Assembly (NCBI GenBank): GCA_030637745.1
Contig: DAOWFX010000123.1
Coordinates: 1,147 to 65,146 of the forward strand
DNA length: 64,000 nt
From: Clostridia bacterium
GTDB taxonomy: Bacteria; Bacillota; Clostridia; Christensenellales; UMGS416
Direction: 5' to 3'
Made by a program: the position numbers and the translations under genes. The notes under the pieces are model-generated. The model saw nothing but the letters and a program-made list of their open reading frames with translations, was not told the DNA's origin and searched no databases. Positions 10,753 to 21,497 of this stretch are shown in pieces. Within the stretch, counting starts at the first letter, position 1. The number at the start of each line of letters is the position of its first letter.

Positions 10753-11079
10753 ATGAAGAAATGTAGTCATTGTGATCGAGAGAACATGAGTGATGCAAAG
10801 TTTTGCCAGTACTGCGGTACAGATATTAATACGAAAGTTGTGCAAAGCAGCATAGAAGATACAAAGATTGATCAAGGGTTTCAAGCACCGGCATTACCTG
10901 AAAACAATGTTTTTTCGCAAAACTTCAAGAACCCATCTTCGTCACCACCTCCTACGAATAAGGGCTTAGCGTGGCTAATACTTTCTTCAATACTAGCCTT
11001 AACTATTATTACAGTTCTGATATTTACATTCTCATATGATTTTGGAAAGCTTGCAGAAACATTCAATGAGTTTTACTGA
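10753..11079 (+). CDS. zinc-ribbon domain membrane protein
   Basis: ATG 10753 lies 5 nt after GGAGGG. It has CSHCDRE...CQYCG (two CxxC), a Pro-rich linker and a C-terminal TM segment. The longer track ORF start (10696) lacks an RBS. Confidence 0.65.
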   Translation: MKKCSHCDRENMSDAKFCQYCGTDINTKVVQSSIEDTKIDQGFQAPALPENNVFSQNFKNPSSSPPPTNKGLAWLILSSILALTIITVLIFTFSYDFGKLAETFNEFY

Positions 11080-11479
11080 TAAATTAAATAAGAAAATCAA
11101 AATTGGCATCGTTATAATCTTTCCATTGGTTGTGGTTCTTCTAATGATTTATGTCAAGTACTTCTATAAAGCGGGATATGGAACAGAGTGTTTTACGTAT
11201 AGATATTTAGGAATCTATTGTATGGGATGCGGATCTACAAGGCAATTACATTATTTACTCAATGGAGATATTAAAACAGCAATTAATTATAATGTTGGAG
11301 CGGTTATTATTTATCCCACATTTATATATCTTTATTATTTGATTGTACGATGGGGAGTACAAGACAAAGAAATTACAACAAAACAAGCATATATACTAGC
11401 AATATTGGCTGGTATTTTGTTATTATATATGATACTAAGAAATATACCATTAAGTGTTTTTGAAATATTAAGACCATAA
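11066..11479 (+). CDS. DUF2752-family membrane protein
   Basis: The CMGCGSTRQLHYLL motif after the first TM segment is the DUF2752 signature. The start is uncertain (11036 or 11066). Confidence 0.65.
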   Translation: MSFTDKLNKKIKIGIVIIFPLVVVLLMIYVKYFYKAGYGTECFTYRYLGIYCMGCGSTRQLHYLLNGDIKTAINYNVGAVIIYPTFIYLYYLIVRWGVQDKEITTKQAYILAILAGILLLYMILRNIPLSVFEILRP

Positions 11480-11504
11480 AAATAATAAGAAGATTAGGGA
11501 ATTT

Positions 11505-13217
11505 GTGAAGAAGAATATTATAAAAATTTTAATAGTAAGCAGCGTAGCAGCAGTAGCATTGGGAATCATTGGTGCAGTTGTGATTCCTATGTATCCCAAA
11601 ATACCGAGTGAATTGCAGGATGCAAAGAGCATATCTGCATCCAGTATAATCAACAAACCTTTTTTGCATGAAAGCATTCGTGATCAAAATGTAACAAGCA
11701 AAGAAATTCAATTTGACCCAATGAGTTTGATTGATGCAACTTTTGATATTTATACACCAATTGCTAGTGTTGGTGTTACAACAGTGCCCAAAGACTCCTA
11801 TATCTATAAGGAGATGTCACCCGGTGAAGCTATAATGTACAGACAAAACATGGGAAATGGCTATCATAAAGTACAGGATATTGATGGGAAAGTATATTAT
11901 ATAAATGATGACGATATGAAAAACAATATGAGTTTCATCGAAAGAAAGCCCAGTGCTATTGTTAATATGCAGGAGATACCCGAAGGTAGTGTTGCATATG
12001 TTGTTAAGTATGATGGAGATCGTGTACTTCGTTTTACAAAGAAATTGATGTTAGAGGATAATGTTGCAGAAATCATGCCAATTGGAGAAATCGTTTACAA
12101 AGTACGGGACTACGAACAAATATTTTTTATTGTAGCAGAAGATGGTAGGTCAGGATATATGAACTCACAATGTCTTGAGATACTAGAGCCTGAGGAGAGT
12201 CCATATGATATTGTGACAGCAGATGATAGCACTTATGATTATAACGAAATGCTTGATGATATAGTTCTCTTGACCAAGAGATACACTGATGATTTAAAAG
12301 TTGTTGAAGTGGGTTATTCAACACTTGGAAACGCAATACCTGTGTTACTATTGGGGGATGAGAACGCAGAAATCAAGATCTTGTTTCAAGCATCTATTCA
12401 TGCACGGGAATATGCCTCCACACCAACACTGATGAAGCAATTAGAGGTTATGTTGTATCACTTAGACCAACCCAATTCAAGTGGAACGACATATCGACAT
12501 GTATTAGATCAAGTAGCGTACTATATTATGCCGATGACCAATCCTGATGGTGTGCTCCTCAGTCAGATAGGAACCATTTCTATAGAAGATGAGGAAACCA
12601 GAAGTGATGTTTTGGATATACGAGATAGCATTGTAGAGAATAAAGATTCAACAACATATAAGTATTATTTTGAACAATGGAAGGGGAACATCAACGGGGT
12701 GGATTTGAATCGCAACTTTGATGCAAACTGGGATAAGGTACACGATTCTCTGAGTAAACCCTCAAATAATGGGTATAAAGGTCCTAGCATTTTTAGTGAA
12801 ATAGAAGCACAGTTCATAAAGAAATATGTAGACAAGCAAGATGTCAAGGTAACAGTCAGTTATCATACAGCAGGAAATATGATTTTCTGGTGGTATTTCC
12901 AAGATGGTATATTCTATGATATATGTTATGATCTTGCAAAGATAGTAAGGAAAGCATCTCGTTATCAGATTATGAGCAAAGCACAGTCAAGGTACTCCCA
13001 TGGTGGCGTAAAAGATTATGGTGTAATGATTGGGAAACCTTCGATAACTTATGAAATAGGGAAGTACTCAAGCCCGATACCACCATTTAGTGTGACTCGC
13101 GCTGCAAAGCTAACGAAGGTAATTCCTATTATTGGTGAATGGTTGATAGATGAGATTAATGATCAAGCATTATGGCTTGAAGATAATCTATTTGTTAATG
13201 TAAAAGAAAGAGACTAG
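11505..13217 (+). CDS. M14-family zinc carboxypeptidase (peptidoglycan peptidase-like) with N-terminal TM and SH3-like repeats
   Basis: HAREYAS (HxxE zinc ligands) and NPDG. The N-terminal half has a membrane anchor and beta-rich domains. Confidence 0.75.
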   Translation: MKKNIIKILIVSSVAAVALGIIGAVVIPMYPKIPSELQDAKSISASSIINKPFLHESIRDQNVTSKEIQFDPMSLIDATFDIYTPIASVGVTTVPKDSYIYKEMSPGEAIMYRQNMGNGYHKVQDIDGKVYYINDDDMKNNMSFIERKPSAIVNMQEIPEGSVAYVVKYDGDRVLRFTKKLMLEDNVAEIMPIGEIVYKVRDYEQIFFIVAEDGRSGYMNSQCLEILEPEESPYDIVTADDSTYDYNEMLDDIVLLTKRYTDDLKVVEVGYSTLGNAIPVLLLGDENAEIKILFQASIHAREYASTPTLMKQLEVMLYHLDQPNSSGTTYRHVLDQVAYYIMPMTNPDGVLLSQIGTISIEDEETRSDVLDIRDSIVENKDSTTYKYYFEQWKGNINGVDLNRNFDANWDKVHDSLSKPSNNGYKGPSIFSEIEAQFIKKYVDKQDVKVTVSYHTAGNMIFWWYFQDGIFYDICYDLAKIVRKASRYQIMSKAQSRYSHGGVKDYGVMIGKPSITYEIGKYSSPIPPFSVTRAAKLTKVIPIIGEWLIDEINDQALWLEDNLFVNVKERD

Positions 13218-13225
13218 GTGAAACG

Positions 13226-14833
13226 ATGTATGCGATAATTGCAGTAATACCTATATTACTGGCTGTCATATTAATGGCAATATTCAACCAGAGTGCAAAG
13301 AAGGCGCTTCCTATTGCGTGGATTTCAGTACTGTTTATCGGTCTGTTTGTTTGGAAAATTTCGCTTTCTGATATTCTTGCATATTCAGTGTTTGGAATGT
13401 TCAAAGCTATTGACTTATTGCTCATTATATTTGGTGCAATTCTAATATTAAATACTTTAAAGCAGTCCGGAGCAATGGCCTCTATTAGTCAAGGGTTTTA
13501 TGGACTGTCGACAGATCGACGTGTGCAAGCGGTAATTATTGGCTGGATGTTTGGTGCATTTATAGAGGGAGCTGCAGGCTTTGGAACTCCTGCTGCACTT
13601 GCTGCGCCGTTGCTTGTAGGACTTGGATTTCCCCCACTTGCAGCTGCAATGTCAACATTAGTATTCAACACATCTCCTGTAGCATTTGGAGCTGTAGGGA
13701 CGCCCACTCTTGCAGCGATTGCACAAGTTGAGCCGTATCTTGCAAGTGGAGAGATAATAAACTTTGGGCAACAACTCACAAGATGGGTAGCAGGACTACA
13801 TGGAGTTGTAGGCCTCTTTATGCCGCTTGTCGGACTGATGATGATTACGTTCTTTTTTGGAGAGAAAAAATCTATAAAACCAGCACTTAAAGCAGCACCA
13901 TTTGCATTTTTTGCAGGCATTTGTTTTGTAGTACCTATGAATGTATTTGCGTGGTTCATGGGACCGGAGCTAGCGAGTATGTTGGCTGGTTTTTTAGGAT
14001 TGATATTGGTTGTTCTTGCAGCAAAAAAAAGGTTTTTAACACCGAAAGATAATTGGGATTTTGGAGAAAAGCATAAAATAAAGATGTTGCAAAAAGACCA
14101 AACAGCAACCATGTCTATGAAACGCGCATGGCTACCATATATCTTGATTGCAGGATTACTTGTCATTACAAGACTACCACAACTCCCGTTCTTGCAATGG
14201 ATAAAGTCAGTACAATTTATCGTCCCAAATATTCTTAACTCAGGACTGGACTATCAGATGAAACCGTTATTTATTCCGGGAGTTATGCCATTCATGTTTG
14301 TTGCAGTACTCACAATATTCATGCATAAGATGAAAAAAAAGCAAGTACAAAAAGCATGGAGTGATACTGTCAATCAAATCGCTGGAGCAGCAGTTGCTCT
14401 GATTTTTGGAGTTGCAGTTGTGCAAGTCATGCTAAACTCTGGAAATAATACATCAGGAATGGATTCAATGCTAACAACCATGGCGAAAGCGCTTGCTGAT
14501 ATCAGCGGTGCAGCGTATCCAATTTTCTCACCATTTTTGGGCATGTTGGGAGCATTTATTTCAGGATCGAACACAGTATCAAACATACTCTTTACATCTC
14601 TTCAATATGAAACAGCAAACATGTTGGGACTATCCAGCGTACTCATTGTTTCCTTACAAGTATTGGGCGGTGGAATAGGGAATATGATTTGTGTCAATAA
14701 TGTTGTTGCAGTTTGTGCAACAGTGGATATAACAGGAAAAGAAGGAATGCTAATAAAGCGAAACATAATTCCGAGTTTGGCATATGCACTTATTGCAGGT
14801 ATAATTGTATCTATAGTAATAGCGTTTCAATAG
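13226..14833 (+). CDS. L-lactate permease (LctP family)
   Basis: 535-aa polytopic protein with LctP-typical blocks ([25 protein letters not shown]). Confidence 0.85.
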   Translation: MYAIIAVIPILLAVILMAIFNQSAKKALPIAWISVLFIGLFVWKISLSDILAYSVFGMFKAIDLLLIIFGAILILNTLKQSGAMASISQGFYGLSTDRRVQAVIIGWMFGAFIEGAAGFGTPAALAAPLLVGLGFPPLAAAMSTLVFNTSPVAFGAVGTPTLAAIAQVEPYLASGEIINFGQQLTRWVAGLHGVVGLFMPLVGLMMITFFFGEKKSIKPALKAAPFAFFAGICFVVPMNVFAWFMGPELASMLAGFLGLILVVLAAKKRFLTPKDNWDFGEKHKIKMLQKDQTATMSMKRAWLPYILIAGLLVITRLPQLPFLQWIKSVQFIVPNILNSGLDYQMKPLFIPGVMPFMFVAVLTIFMHKMKKKQVQKAWSDTVNQIAGAAVALIFGVAVVQVMLNSGNNTSGMDSMLTTMAKALADISGAAYPIFSPFLGMLGAFISGSNTVSNILFTSLQYETANMLGLSSVLIVSLQVLGGGIGNMICVNNVVAVCATVDITGKEGMLIKRNIIPSLAYALIAGIIVSIVIAFQ

Positions 14834-14859
14834 CGTAATATTAACAAAGGATGTTATAA

Positions 14860-15813
14860 ATGAAAAATAGTGAAATAAAACTATCAGTAGTAGTACCGAT
14901 GTACTTTGAAGAAGCAGTTGTTGAAGAATGCCATAGCAGACTTTCTGCTGTTGTATCCGATTATGATTATGAAGTAATTTATGTTAACGATGGTTCGACA
15001 GACAATACGCTTCCGATGTTGAAAGATATTGCAAGCAAAAATAATAGAATCAAGATTATAAGTTTTTCTCGCAATTTTGGGCATCAAGCTGCAGTTACTG
15101 CAGGCGTGAAGTACGCAACAGGTGACTGTATTGTTATCATCGATGCGGACTTGCAAGATCCACCAGAGATTATACCCGATATGATAAATCTATGGCAAGA
15201 AGGCTACGAAGTTGTGTATGCAAAGCGCAAAAAGAGAAAAGGGGAATCATTTTTCAAACGACTCACAGCAAAAGCATTTTACAGAATTCTAGGTTCGCTC
15301 ACTGATACAAAGATTCCAAACGATACAGGTGACTTCAGATTGATCGATAGAAAGGTTGCTAATGCATTCAAACAAATGGGTGAACACAATCGCTTTATTC
15401 GCGGCATGGTTGCATGGCTCGGATTCAAGCAGATTCCCATCGAATATGTGCGCGATGTGCGATACGCTGGGGAAACAAAGTACCCACTAAAGAAGATGCT
15501 GAAGCTTGCGCTTGACGGCATCATGTCGTTTTCAACAAAACCAATTAAATTGGTAACAAACCTTGGTGCATTAACGTTACTCTTTTCTTTTGGGATAATA
15601 GTATATGTCCTAATCAGTAAGTTCACAGGAAATGCAATCTCCGATGGATGGGCATCTACTATGATTGTGATAACGATGTTATCAGGCGTTCAACTCATCT
15701 CTCTTGGTGTTGTAGGAGGCTATATCTCTAGGATATACGAGGAATCTAGAAACAGACCGATTTATTTGATATCAGAGGAAGTAAATATAGAAGAAGAGGC
15801 AGATGAAAATTAG
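14860..15813 (+). CDS. family 2 glycosyltransferase, polyprenyl-phosphate sugar transferase type (GtrB/ArnC-like)
   Basis: LSVVVPMYFEE, IIDADLQDPPE (DxD) and two C-terminal TM helices. Confidence 0.85.
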   Translation: MKNSEIKLSVVVPMYFEEAVVEECHSRLSAVVSDYDYEVIYVNDGSTDNTLPMLKDIASKNNRIKIISFSRNFGHQAAVTAGVKYATGDCIVIIDADLQDPPEIIPDMINLWQEGYEVVYAKRKKRKGESFFKRLTAKAFYRILGSLTDTKIPNDTGDFRLIDRKVANAFKQMGEHNRFIRGMVAWLGFKQIPIEYVRDVRYAGETKYPLKKMLKLALDGIMSFSTKPIKLVTNLGALTLLFSFGIIVYVLISKFTGNAISDGWASTMIVITMLSGVQLISLGVVGGYISRIYEESRNRPIYLISEEVNIEEEADEN

Positions 15814-15926
15814 GTTGGGAAGACAACTAGCACAGTAGATATTATTGAGAGCTTTGCTTGATCGGATATATAAAATAGTACCCACCAAATTTCTATGCTA
15901 CGTGTAATAAAACAGAATTGAAGTAA

Positions 15927-15962
15927 TAAAAAAGGGGCTGTCTGCTGGGACGGCCCCTTTGT
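15927..15962. terminator. bidirectional intrinsic terminator
   Basis: Stem GGGGCTGTC / GACGGCCCC (one G-U pair) flanked by an A-run and TTTGT, lying between convergent genes. Confidence 0.75.
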
Positions 15963-15974
15963 ATACGCTACATA

Positions 15975-16934
15975 TTAGTTGATAATTGTAAGACTTCCTG
16001 ATACAGAGTCAATCTCAATTTCTGGAGCGTTTTTATCACCAGTATGTCCTTCGAAATCCCCACCCTTCTGCCTGACTATAGTCAGTGGAGTATCGCAACG
16101 GAAGTTACCTGATAAGGAATCATATCTTACATAGAAGTTATCATTCTTTACTAATGTTAACTTCACGCTTCCGGACACTGTGCCAATATTGATGTCTTCT
16201 ATCTTTTCAACGTCTAAAGTTACATCACCGGAAACAACATCAACTTTAATTGGAAAAGAGATTCCAGTAAGGTTAACATCAGAAGATACTCCGTCGACAT
16301 CAACGCTTCCATCAGAGAAATGCCCAGAAACATCACCGGATACTGTACCTACACTTAAGCTATTAGCGTGCAATGTATCTGTTACAGTAGTACCGGATAC
16401 ATTTGTAATAGTAATATCTTCAAACATTATATCATCACAATCAAATACTACTTTTGATGATACGCCTCCCACGGTGAGGTCTTTGAAAAAGCTCTTTGGA
16501 ATGTGAACATCAAGAGTCAAGTCTGATCTTGAAACACTGCTGTTTTTTGGATACTTGACAAAGATTTTTGCTGTACTTCCGGAGTTTGTTACTTCTAGTT
16601 CTATTTCACCATTTCTTGAAGTGTAATCCCCATAGAGATTTGCTTCTAATGTATCTCCATCAGTTTGGTAAACATTAATGCTGGCAGATATTGCAGATAT
16701 TGATATTTTTGATTGCTTTCCTATCTCAATAGTCTTAGCAGAATTAATATCATAATCTTTTCCGGGTGCTGAATTGAAACCAAAGTCCCAGCTACGATTA
16801 AGCCATTTGACGCTCCAACTACTTGGATTATGAAGATCTTTATTATTTACTGCGATTGTAGCCACGATTGCTCCAAATATGATAAATACTGCAAGTGCAA
16901 TTAGTGCTAAATGCCATATTTTAAACTTTTTCAT
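15975..16934 (-). CDS. DUF4097-family beta-strand-repeat protein (LiaG-like), membrane anchored
   Basis: N-terminal TM segment followed by repeated VSGDV/VSGS beta-helix-like repeats. Confidence 0.75.
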   Translation of the reverse strand: MKKFKIWHLALIALAVFIIFGAIVATIAVNNKDLHNPSSWSVKWLNRSWDFGFNSAPGKDYDINSAKTIEIGKQSKISISAISASINVYQTDGDTLEANLYGDYTSRNGEIELEVTNSGSTAKIFVKYPKNSSVSRSDLTLDVHIPKSFFKDLTVGGVSSKVVFDCDDIMFEDITITNVSGTTVTDTLHANSLSVGTVSGDVSGHFSDGSVDVDGVSSDVNLTGISFPIKVDVVSGDVTLDVEKIEDINIGTVSGSVKLTLVKNDNFYVRYDSLSGNFRCDTPLTIVRQKGGDFEGHTGDKNAPEIEIDSVSGSLTIIN

Positions 16935-17491
16935 CCTTTTATTCCTCCTACGATTATATTATAATGCATCTTTGCAAATCCTACAATAAATCTAATAAAG
17001 TATTTGCTCAAGTATGCAAGTCCAATGCTCATTGCAACAGTGAGACCCAATAAAGCAATAGCTGTCATTATTGCTAAGTAATAGGGTAAAGCAAATGAGA
17101 AGATTGCTAGCAATGGAGATATGAACAATGCTAATGCACTTACAAATAGACTCAATGGAATTGCCCAGAGTGATATTAGCACTGCAAATAAGCTTGCTAC
17201 TATCGGAATAACTATCATTGCATCCAATAATAATAATCCCAGACCTACAAATATTCCGCGTCCTACGTTTTCAGGGATGCTTGTTTTCTCGCCTTTTTCT
17301 GCAGTAGTGAGGTATTGTTGTGCCAATTGCTTTGGATCACCTAACTCTTCTGCTACTTGTTCTGCAGTCTTTCCTAAGGATTCTCCATCTTTATAGTGCT
17401 CTTCAAAGTCTGCAAGAATTTCTTGACGTGTGCTTAGGTTTAGAGGCATAAGGTGCCTTTTTAATTGTGTCATAAATATTTGTTTATTCAT
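16931..17491 (-). CDS. DUF1700-family membrane protein
   Basis: N-terminus FMTQLKRHL...EILADFEEHY...GDPKQLAQQY followed by TM helices. It has 4-nt and 1-nt overlaps with its neighbours. Confidence 0.75.
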   Translation of the reverse strand: MNKQIFMTQLKRHLMPLNLSTRQEILADFEEHYKDGESLGKTAEQVAEELGDPKQLAQQYLTTAEKGEKTSIPENVGRGIFVGLGLLLLDAMIVIPIVASLFAVLISLWAIPLSLFVSALALFISPLLAIFSFALPYYLAIMTAIALLGLTVAMSIGLAYLSKYFIRFIVGFAKMHYNIIVGGIKG

Positions 17492-17808
17492 TATACAGCC
17501 TCACTTTCTACAAGGTTTTCTACACTTGTTACGAAAGTCTTCCACTGACCATGCAGTGAGTCTCTTTCTTTGTCCCCGTTGTCGGTTAGTTTGTAGTACT
17601 TTCTTGGGGGCCCCTCGTTACTCTCTCTTAAGTATGTTGTAACGAATCCATCACCTTTCAATCTTCGTAAGATTGGATATATTGTACCATCTGAAATATC
17701 TATAGTTTCAGATAGAGAGCTTGCAAGCTCATATCCATATCGATCGCCATGACCAAGTAGTGACAATACGCACAATTCGAGTACCCCTTTTTTGAATTGG
17801 ATATTCAT
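17491..17808 (-). CDS. PadR-family transcriptional regulator
   Basis: 105 aa with GDRYGYEL...GTIYPILRRLKGDGFV, a PadR winged helix. Confidence 0.9.
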   Translation of the reverse strand: MNIQFKKGVLELCVLSLLGHGDRYGYELASSLSETIDISDGTIYPILRRLKGDGFVTTYLRESNEGPPRKYYKLTDNGDKERDSLHGQWKTFVTSVENLVESEAV

Positions 17809-17830
17809 TTCTTCCTCCTTAATAATAAAC

Positions 17831-17891
17831 AGTAGTGAATATTCACAGCTAGTGAATGATAAACACTACTGGCAATATACACCTAGTGAAT
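17831..17891. promoter_or_regulatory. candidate PadR operator cluster
   Basis: Perfect 12-bp palindrome GTGAATATTCAC (17835-17846). TAGTGAAT occurs three times (17833, 17850, 17884), with an outer inverted repeat AGTAGTG/CACTACT. It lies directly upstream of the padR start. Confidence 0.5.
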
Positions 17892-17991
17892 TAAAATGTC
17901 AACATATATTCTCATAAATCTTTATTAGAGTTTCATTAGAAGATATAATGTGCTAGAATAGATTGAAAAAATAGTGGAGGATAAATACAAT

Positions 17992-19212
17992 ATGGGAAAG
18001 CAAAAAAACATGCTAATTGCACAATCGGGAGGACCTACTGCTGTCATTAATGCAAGCGTTGTTGGCGCTTATACAGCAGCTTTAGATCTTGGATTTGATA
18101 ATATATATGCAGCGAATGAAGGCATACAGGGCGTTTTAAAAAATGAGATCATCGACCTAAAGGCAGCAGATCAACGTATCGTTGAAGGACTAAAATACAC
18201 ACCATCTGCAGGACTAGGATCATGTAGATACAAGATGTCAAAAGACATTGATGATCCTGATTACAAAAGAGTTTTTGACAAACTCCAGGAGCTAAACGTG
18301 GGTTATTTCTTCTATAATGGCGGGAATGATTCTATGGATACAGCAGATAAGCTTAACGATTATGCAGTCAAGCATAAGCTTGATATCAAGGTCATGGGAA
18401 TACCTAAGACTGTTGATAATGACTTGGTAGGCACCGACCATTGCCCTGGCTTTGGAAGTGCTGCAAAGTACTTAAATACCACACTTGCAGTTTCAGCATA
18501 TGATTGTTATACGTATTCAACACCGACTATTATATTGATGGAGACCATGGGACGCCACGCAGGGTGGCTTGCAGCATCTTGTGCATGTGCAAAATATAAT
18601 GGTGAAAGAATTGCAGACAGGATATATTTACCTGAATCAGTATTTGACTTAGATGATTTCATTGCAGATACAAAGAAGCTATTTGAGGAAAAAGGAATGG
18701 TATTCATCGTTGTATCAGAAGGCATCAAAGACAAGAGCGGAGAGTTCCTGCTTTCAGGAACCTCAGTTAATGACAATTTCGGACATGCACAACTAGGGGG
18801 TGTCTCAATTTTCTTACAGCAGAAAATCGCAGAACATATCACACCACGTTGCAAGGTCATTAATCCCAATATCATTCAGCGTGCAGCAGCACATGTAGTT
18901 TCTGAAACAGATTTAAATGAAACATACAATGCAGGATATTTAGCTCTAAAAGAGGCAGCAGCAGGCAAGAGTGGTTACATGATTGGCTATGAACGTCTGC
19001 AGGATGAACCATATGTCATAAACTATAGACTTGTACCGCTATCTAGCGTTGCAAATGCAGAAAAGACTGTGCCACAAGAGTGGATTATCGAAGGTAAAGA
19101 TTTGACAGATGATATTATCAAATATACTACACCATTGATGGAAGGGGAGGTTGCTCTGAGACATAAGGATGGATTGCCAGTGTTTGAAAGGCTACCGAGA
19201 GTATTTATATAA
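17992..19212 (+). CDS. pfp: 6-phosphofructokinase, predicted pyrophosphate-dependent
   Basis: SGGPTAVINAS, GGNDS and IPKTVDND, MGRHAGW. ATG 17992 follows GGAGG at 17976-17980. Confidence 0.85.
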   Translation: MGKQKNMLIAQSGGPTAVINASVVGAYTAALDLGFDNIYAANEGIQGVLKNEIIDLKAADQRIVEGLKYTPSAGLGSCRYKMSKDIDDPDYKRVFDKLQELNVGYFFYNGGNDSMDTADKLNDYAVKHKLDIKVMGIPKTVDNDLVGTDHCPGFGSAAKYLNTTLAVSAYDCYTYSTPTIILMETMGRHAGWLAASCACAKYNGERIADRIYLPESVFDLDDFIADTKKLFEEKGMVFIVVSEGIKDKSGEFLLSGTSVNDNFGHAQLGGVSIFLQQKIAEHITPRCKVINPNIIQRAAAHVVSETDLNETYNAGYLALKEAAAGKSGYMIGYERLQDEPYVINYRLVPLSSVANAEKTVPQEWIIEGKDLTDDIIKYTTPLMEGEVALRHKDGLPVFERLPRVFI

Positions 19213-19239
19213 CAACATATCAAGAAAAGCTGTAAGAAA

Positions 19240-20235
19240 TCACAGCTTTTTTATATTGGGCAATTTTCCTTTATAGATTGCAAGGCCTATCTGCGAAAAA
19301 TTGAATCTTGCATATCCACCATAGTCTTGGTTTCTTACTATCTCGGATGTATCTCTTGCTTCCTTTGATTCTGTTCCTAGACCAGCTCCGGTGCCTTCAT
19401 AGTACAGATAATATGTATCATTGTGTTTAAAAACAGTTCCGAACCACAATGCACCTTCATCCCATGTACCAATTTCACCTCTTAATAAAATAGGATTATT
19501 TTCATATCGTCTCCAGTGAATCAGATCATCAGAAGTTGCAAGACCGAAGCCCAAAGGATAATCAGAATATTGGTTGCATCCACCATAAACCATATAGTAT
19601 TGATTAGTTTCATACCATATTCGAGCAGTGGAAACACTGAACTCGTCAAAAGCACCTGTCTTTTTTGTTGGAGAGAATATTAATTCTTCAGTAGATTCAT
19701 CAAAGTGTATTCCGTCTTGACTTTTGCATACATAAAATTCATAGTACCCATCTTGAGTTGGTGATGATTTTTTCTGATAAAACAGATATACCATACCATC
19801 TCTTATAACAACTTCAGGTGCAAAGGCATTATCTATAATAGGAGTTTTATGTTTCATAAAATTATATCCATCATTGGAAATTGCAAGTCCGATGATAGAG
19901 GGTTTGTCATATGAATGCCCAGAATAGTATAAGTAAACTTTATCTTTAATAACCACAGTAGCTGGATCAAGAATATGATTTGTATCATAATCATCTTTAT
20001 TTTCACTGACTTTTATTATTGGATTACGGTCATAAAAATCCCAGTTCACACCATCAAATTCATCCGCCTTACAATAAGCAACTCCAATTTGATCATGACA
20101 TTCTTCTCCTTGACCACGAAAGTACATTAGAATCTTATCCCTGTACTCTAGAACATCAGGATTTGCAACATGCATGCTGTGAAAAGTGTTTGGAGTTTTT
20201 GAAATGACTGGGTTACTTTTATAACGGTTAAACAT
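19240..20235 (-). CDS. beta-propeller glycoside hydrolase/phosphorylase (GH130/GH43-like)
   Basis: 331 aa with repeated blade-like segments (NPVI..., RNPII..., NNPILL...) and conserved acidic/aromatic blocks. Family-level call only. Confidence 0.5.
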   Translation of the reverse strand: MFNRYKSNPVISKTPNTFHSMHVANPDVLEYRDKILMYFRGQGEECHDQIGVAYCKADEFDGVNWDFYDRNPIIKVSENKDDYDTNHILDPATVVIKDKVYLYYSGHSYDKPSIIGLAISNDGYNFMKHKTPIIDNAFAPEVVIRDGMVYLFYQKKSSPTQDGYYEFYVCKSQDGIHFDESTEELIFSPTKKTGAFDEFSVSTARIWYETNQYYMVYGGCNQYSDYPLGFGLATSDDLIHWRRYENNPILLRGEIGTWDEGALWFGTVFKHNDTYYLYYEGTGAGLGTESKEARDTSEIVRNQDYGGYARFNFSQIGLAIYKGKLPNIKKL

Positions 20236-20465
20236 ATGTTCACCTCATTATTTGATAGATGGTAAATGCATAGAAATAGCAAAAGTCGGACTTATATTAC
20301 TGCTTTTCTGTTGAAGTATCAAATGGAAACAAGATATGCAAAAGATCAGCAGAAAACTATATAATATACTTATCCTTTAATATGGAACAATATTTACAAC
20401 CAACATAGTCACTCTGTCTGTTTTTTATTATCTGTCCCGTTTCTTTCATTTCTATTGCCCATTGA

Positions 20466-21374
20466 TTAATTAGGATGAGAAGTTAAGAAATTCATGATTG
20501 CATGATGACTAACTTCGTCATTTTGTGCACCTGCACCTTGAACTGCGAGGGCTCCGGCGGCGTTTGCATACTTCAATGCCTCTTCAACAGAATATCCTCT
20601 GCAAAGTGCAGAAGCAAGTCCAGCGTTGAAACAATCACCTGCACCAATAGTATCAACCAGTTCAACATCATATGCAGGACATGTAATCGTCTTCTGAGCA
20701 TCAACATAATATAGGCCCTTATTACCCATAGTACATATTACAGCACCTGCACCAAGCGCTAGCAACGACTCGCACGATGATTTGATATCAGCACCCTTTG
20801 CGATAAAATCAATTTCGCTTTCATTGGGTGTAATGTAATCAACATTTTTTAGCAATTCCAAGGGAAGTGGTTTTGCAGGAGCAGGATCAAGAATTACAAT
20901 ACCACCTGCTTCTTTCATGATTTTTGCAGCACAAACGACACTTTCCATAGGGATTTCAAGTTGAAGCAATAAATATTTGCATTTCGTAATTTCAATAGAG
21001 TTATGCATGATATATTCCGGTGTCACACATCCATTGGCCCCATCGATGATGGTGATTCTATTCTCGCCTGTTTTATCCACTTCTATGAGGGCCGTGCCTG
21101 TTGATGCATCATAACATGTTTCTACATAGCTGTAATGCGTACCGGCTCTTTCAAAGTTTCTTTCATACATAGATGCATAAATATCATTACCCATCATACC
21201 AAACATGTAAGTAGCAATTCCCATTTTTGAAGCGGCTATTGCTTGATTTCCACCTTTTCCACCACAAATATAATCCAAAGATTTTCCATGAACGGTTTGA
21301 CCAGGTAGTGCAAATTCATCAACCTTTGCTGTGAGATCGATATTAAGAGAACCAACAATACAAATTTTATCCAT
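20466..21374 (-). CDS. rbsK: ribokinase
   Basis: GGKGGNQAIAA and the TIGAGDCF/PfkB signatures, with VDTIGAGD near the C-terminus. Confidence 0.85.
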   Translation of the reverse strand: MDKICIVGSLNIDLTAKVDEFALPGQTVHGKSLDYICGGKGGNQAIAASKMGIATYMFGMMGNDIYASMYERNFERAGTHYSYVETCYDASTGTALIEVDKTGENRITIIDGANGCVTPEYIMHNSIEITKCKYLLLQLEIPMESVVCAAKIMKEAGGIVILDPAPAKPLPLELLKNVDYITPNESEIDFIAKGADIKSSCESLLALGAGAVICTMGNKGLYYVDAQKTITCPAYDVELVDTIGAGDCFNAGLASALCRGYSVEEALKYANAAGALAVQGAGAQNDEVSHHAIMNFLTSHPN

Positions 21375-21497
21375 AATAAATCACCTTTACTCATGTTACT
21401 ATAAATGCAATATGCTATGCAAGCGTATATAAGCATATTTGTCCAAAATGAAAAGACAGTAATTGCGCATACAGTGTAGTGCATATATAATAAGCAC

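Noticed and set aside
13498-14166. Long antisense ORFs inside well-supported genes. Examples are the 222-aa ORF opposite the lactate permease, 2788-3186, 33069-33449, 34222-34632, 48985-49488 and 27402-27851.
   Set aside because: These are shadow ORFs on the opposite strand of genes with clear family motifs. They have no RBS, and their composition is low-complexity and mirror-biased.
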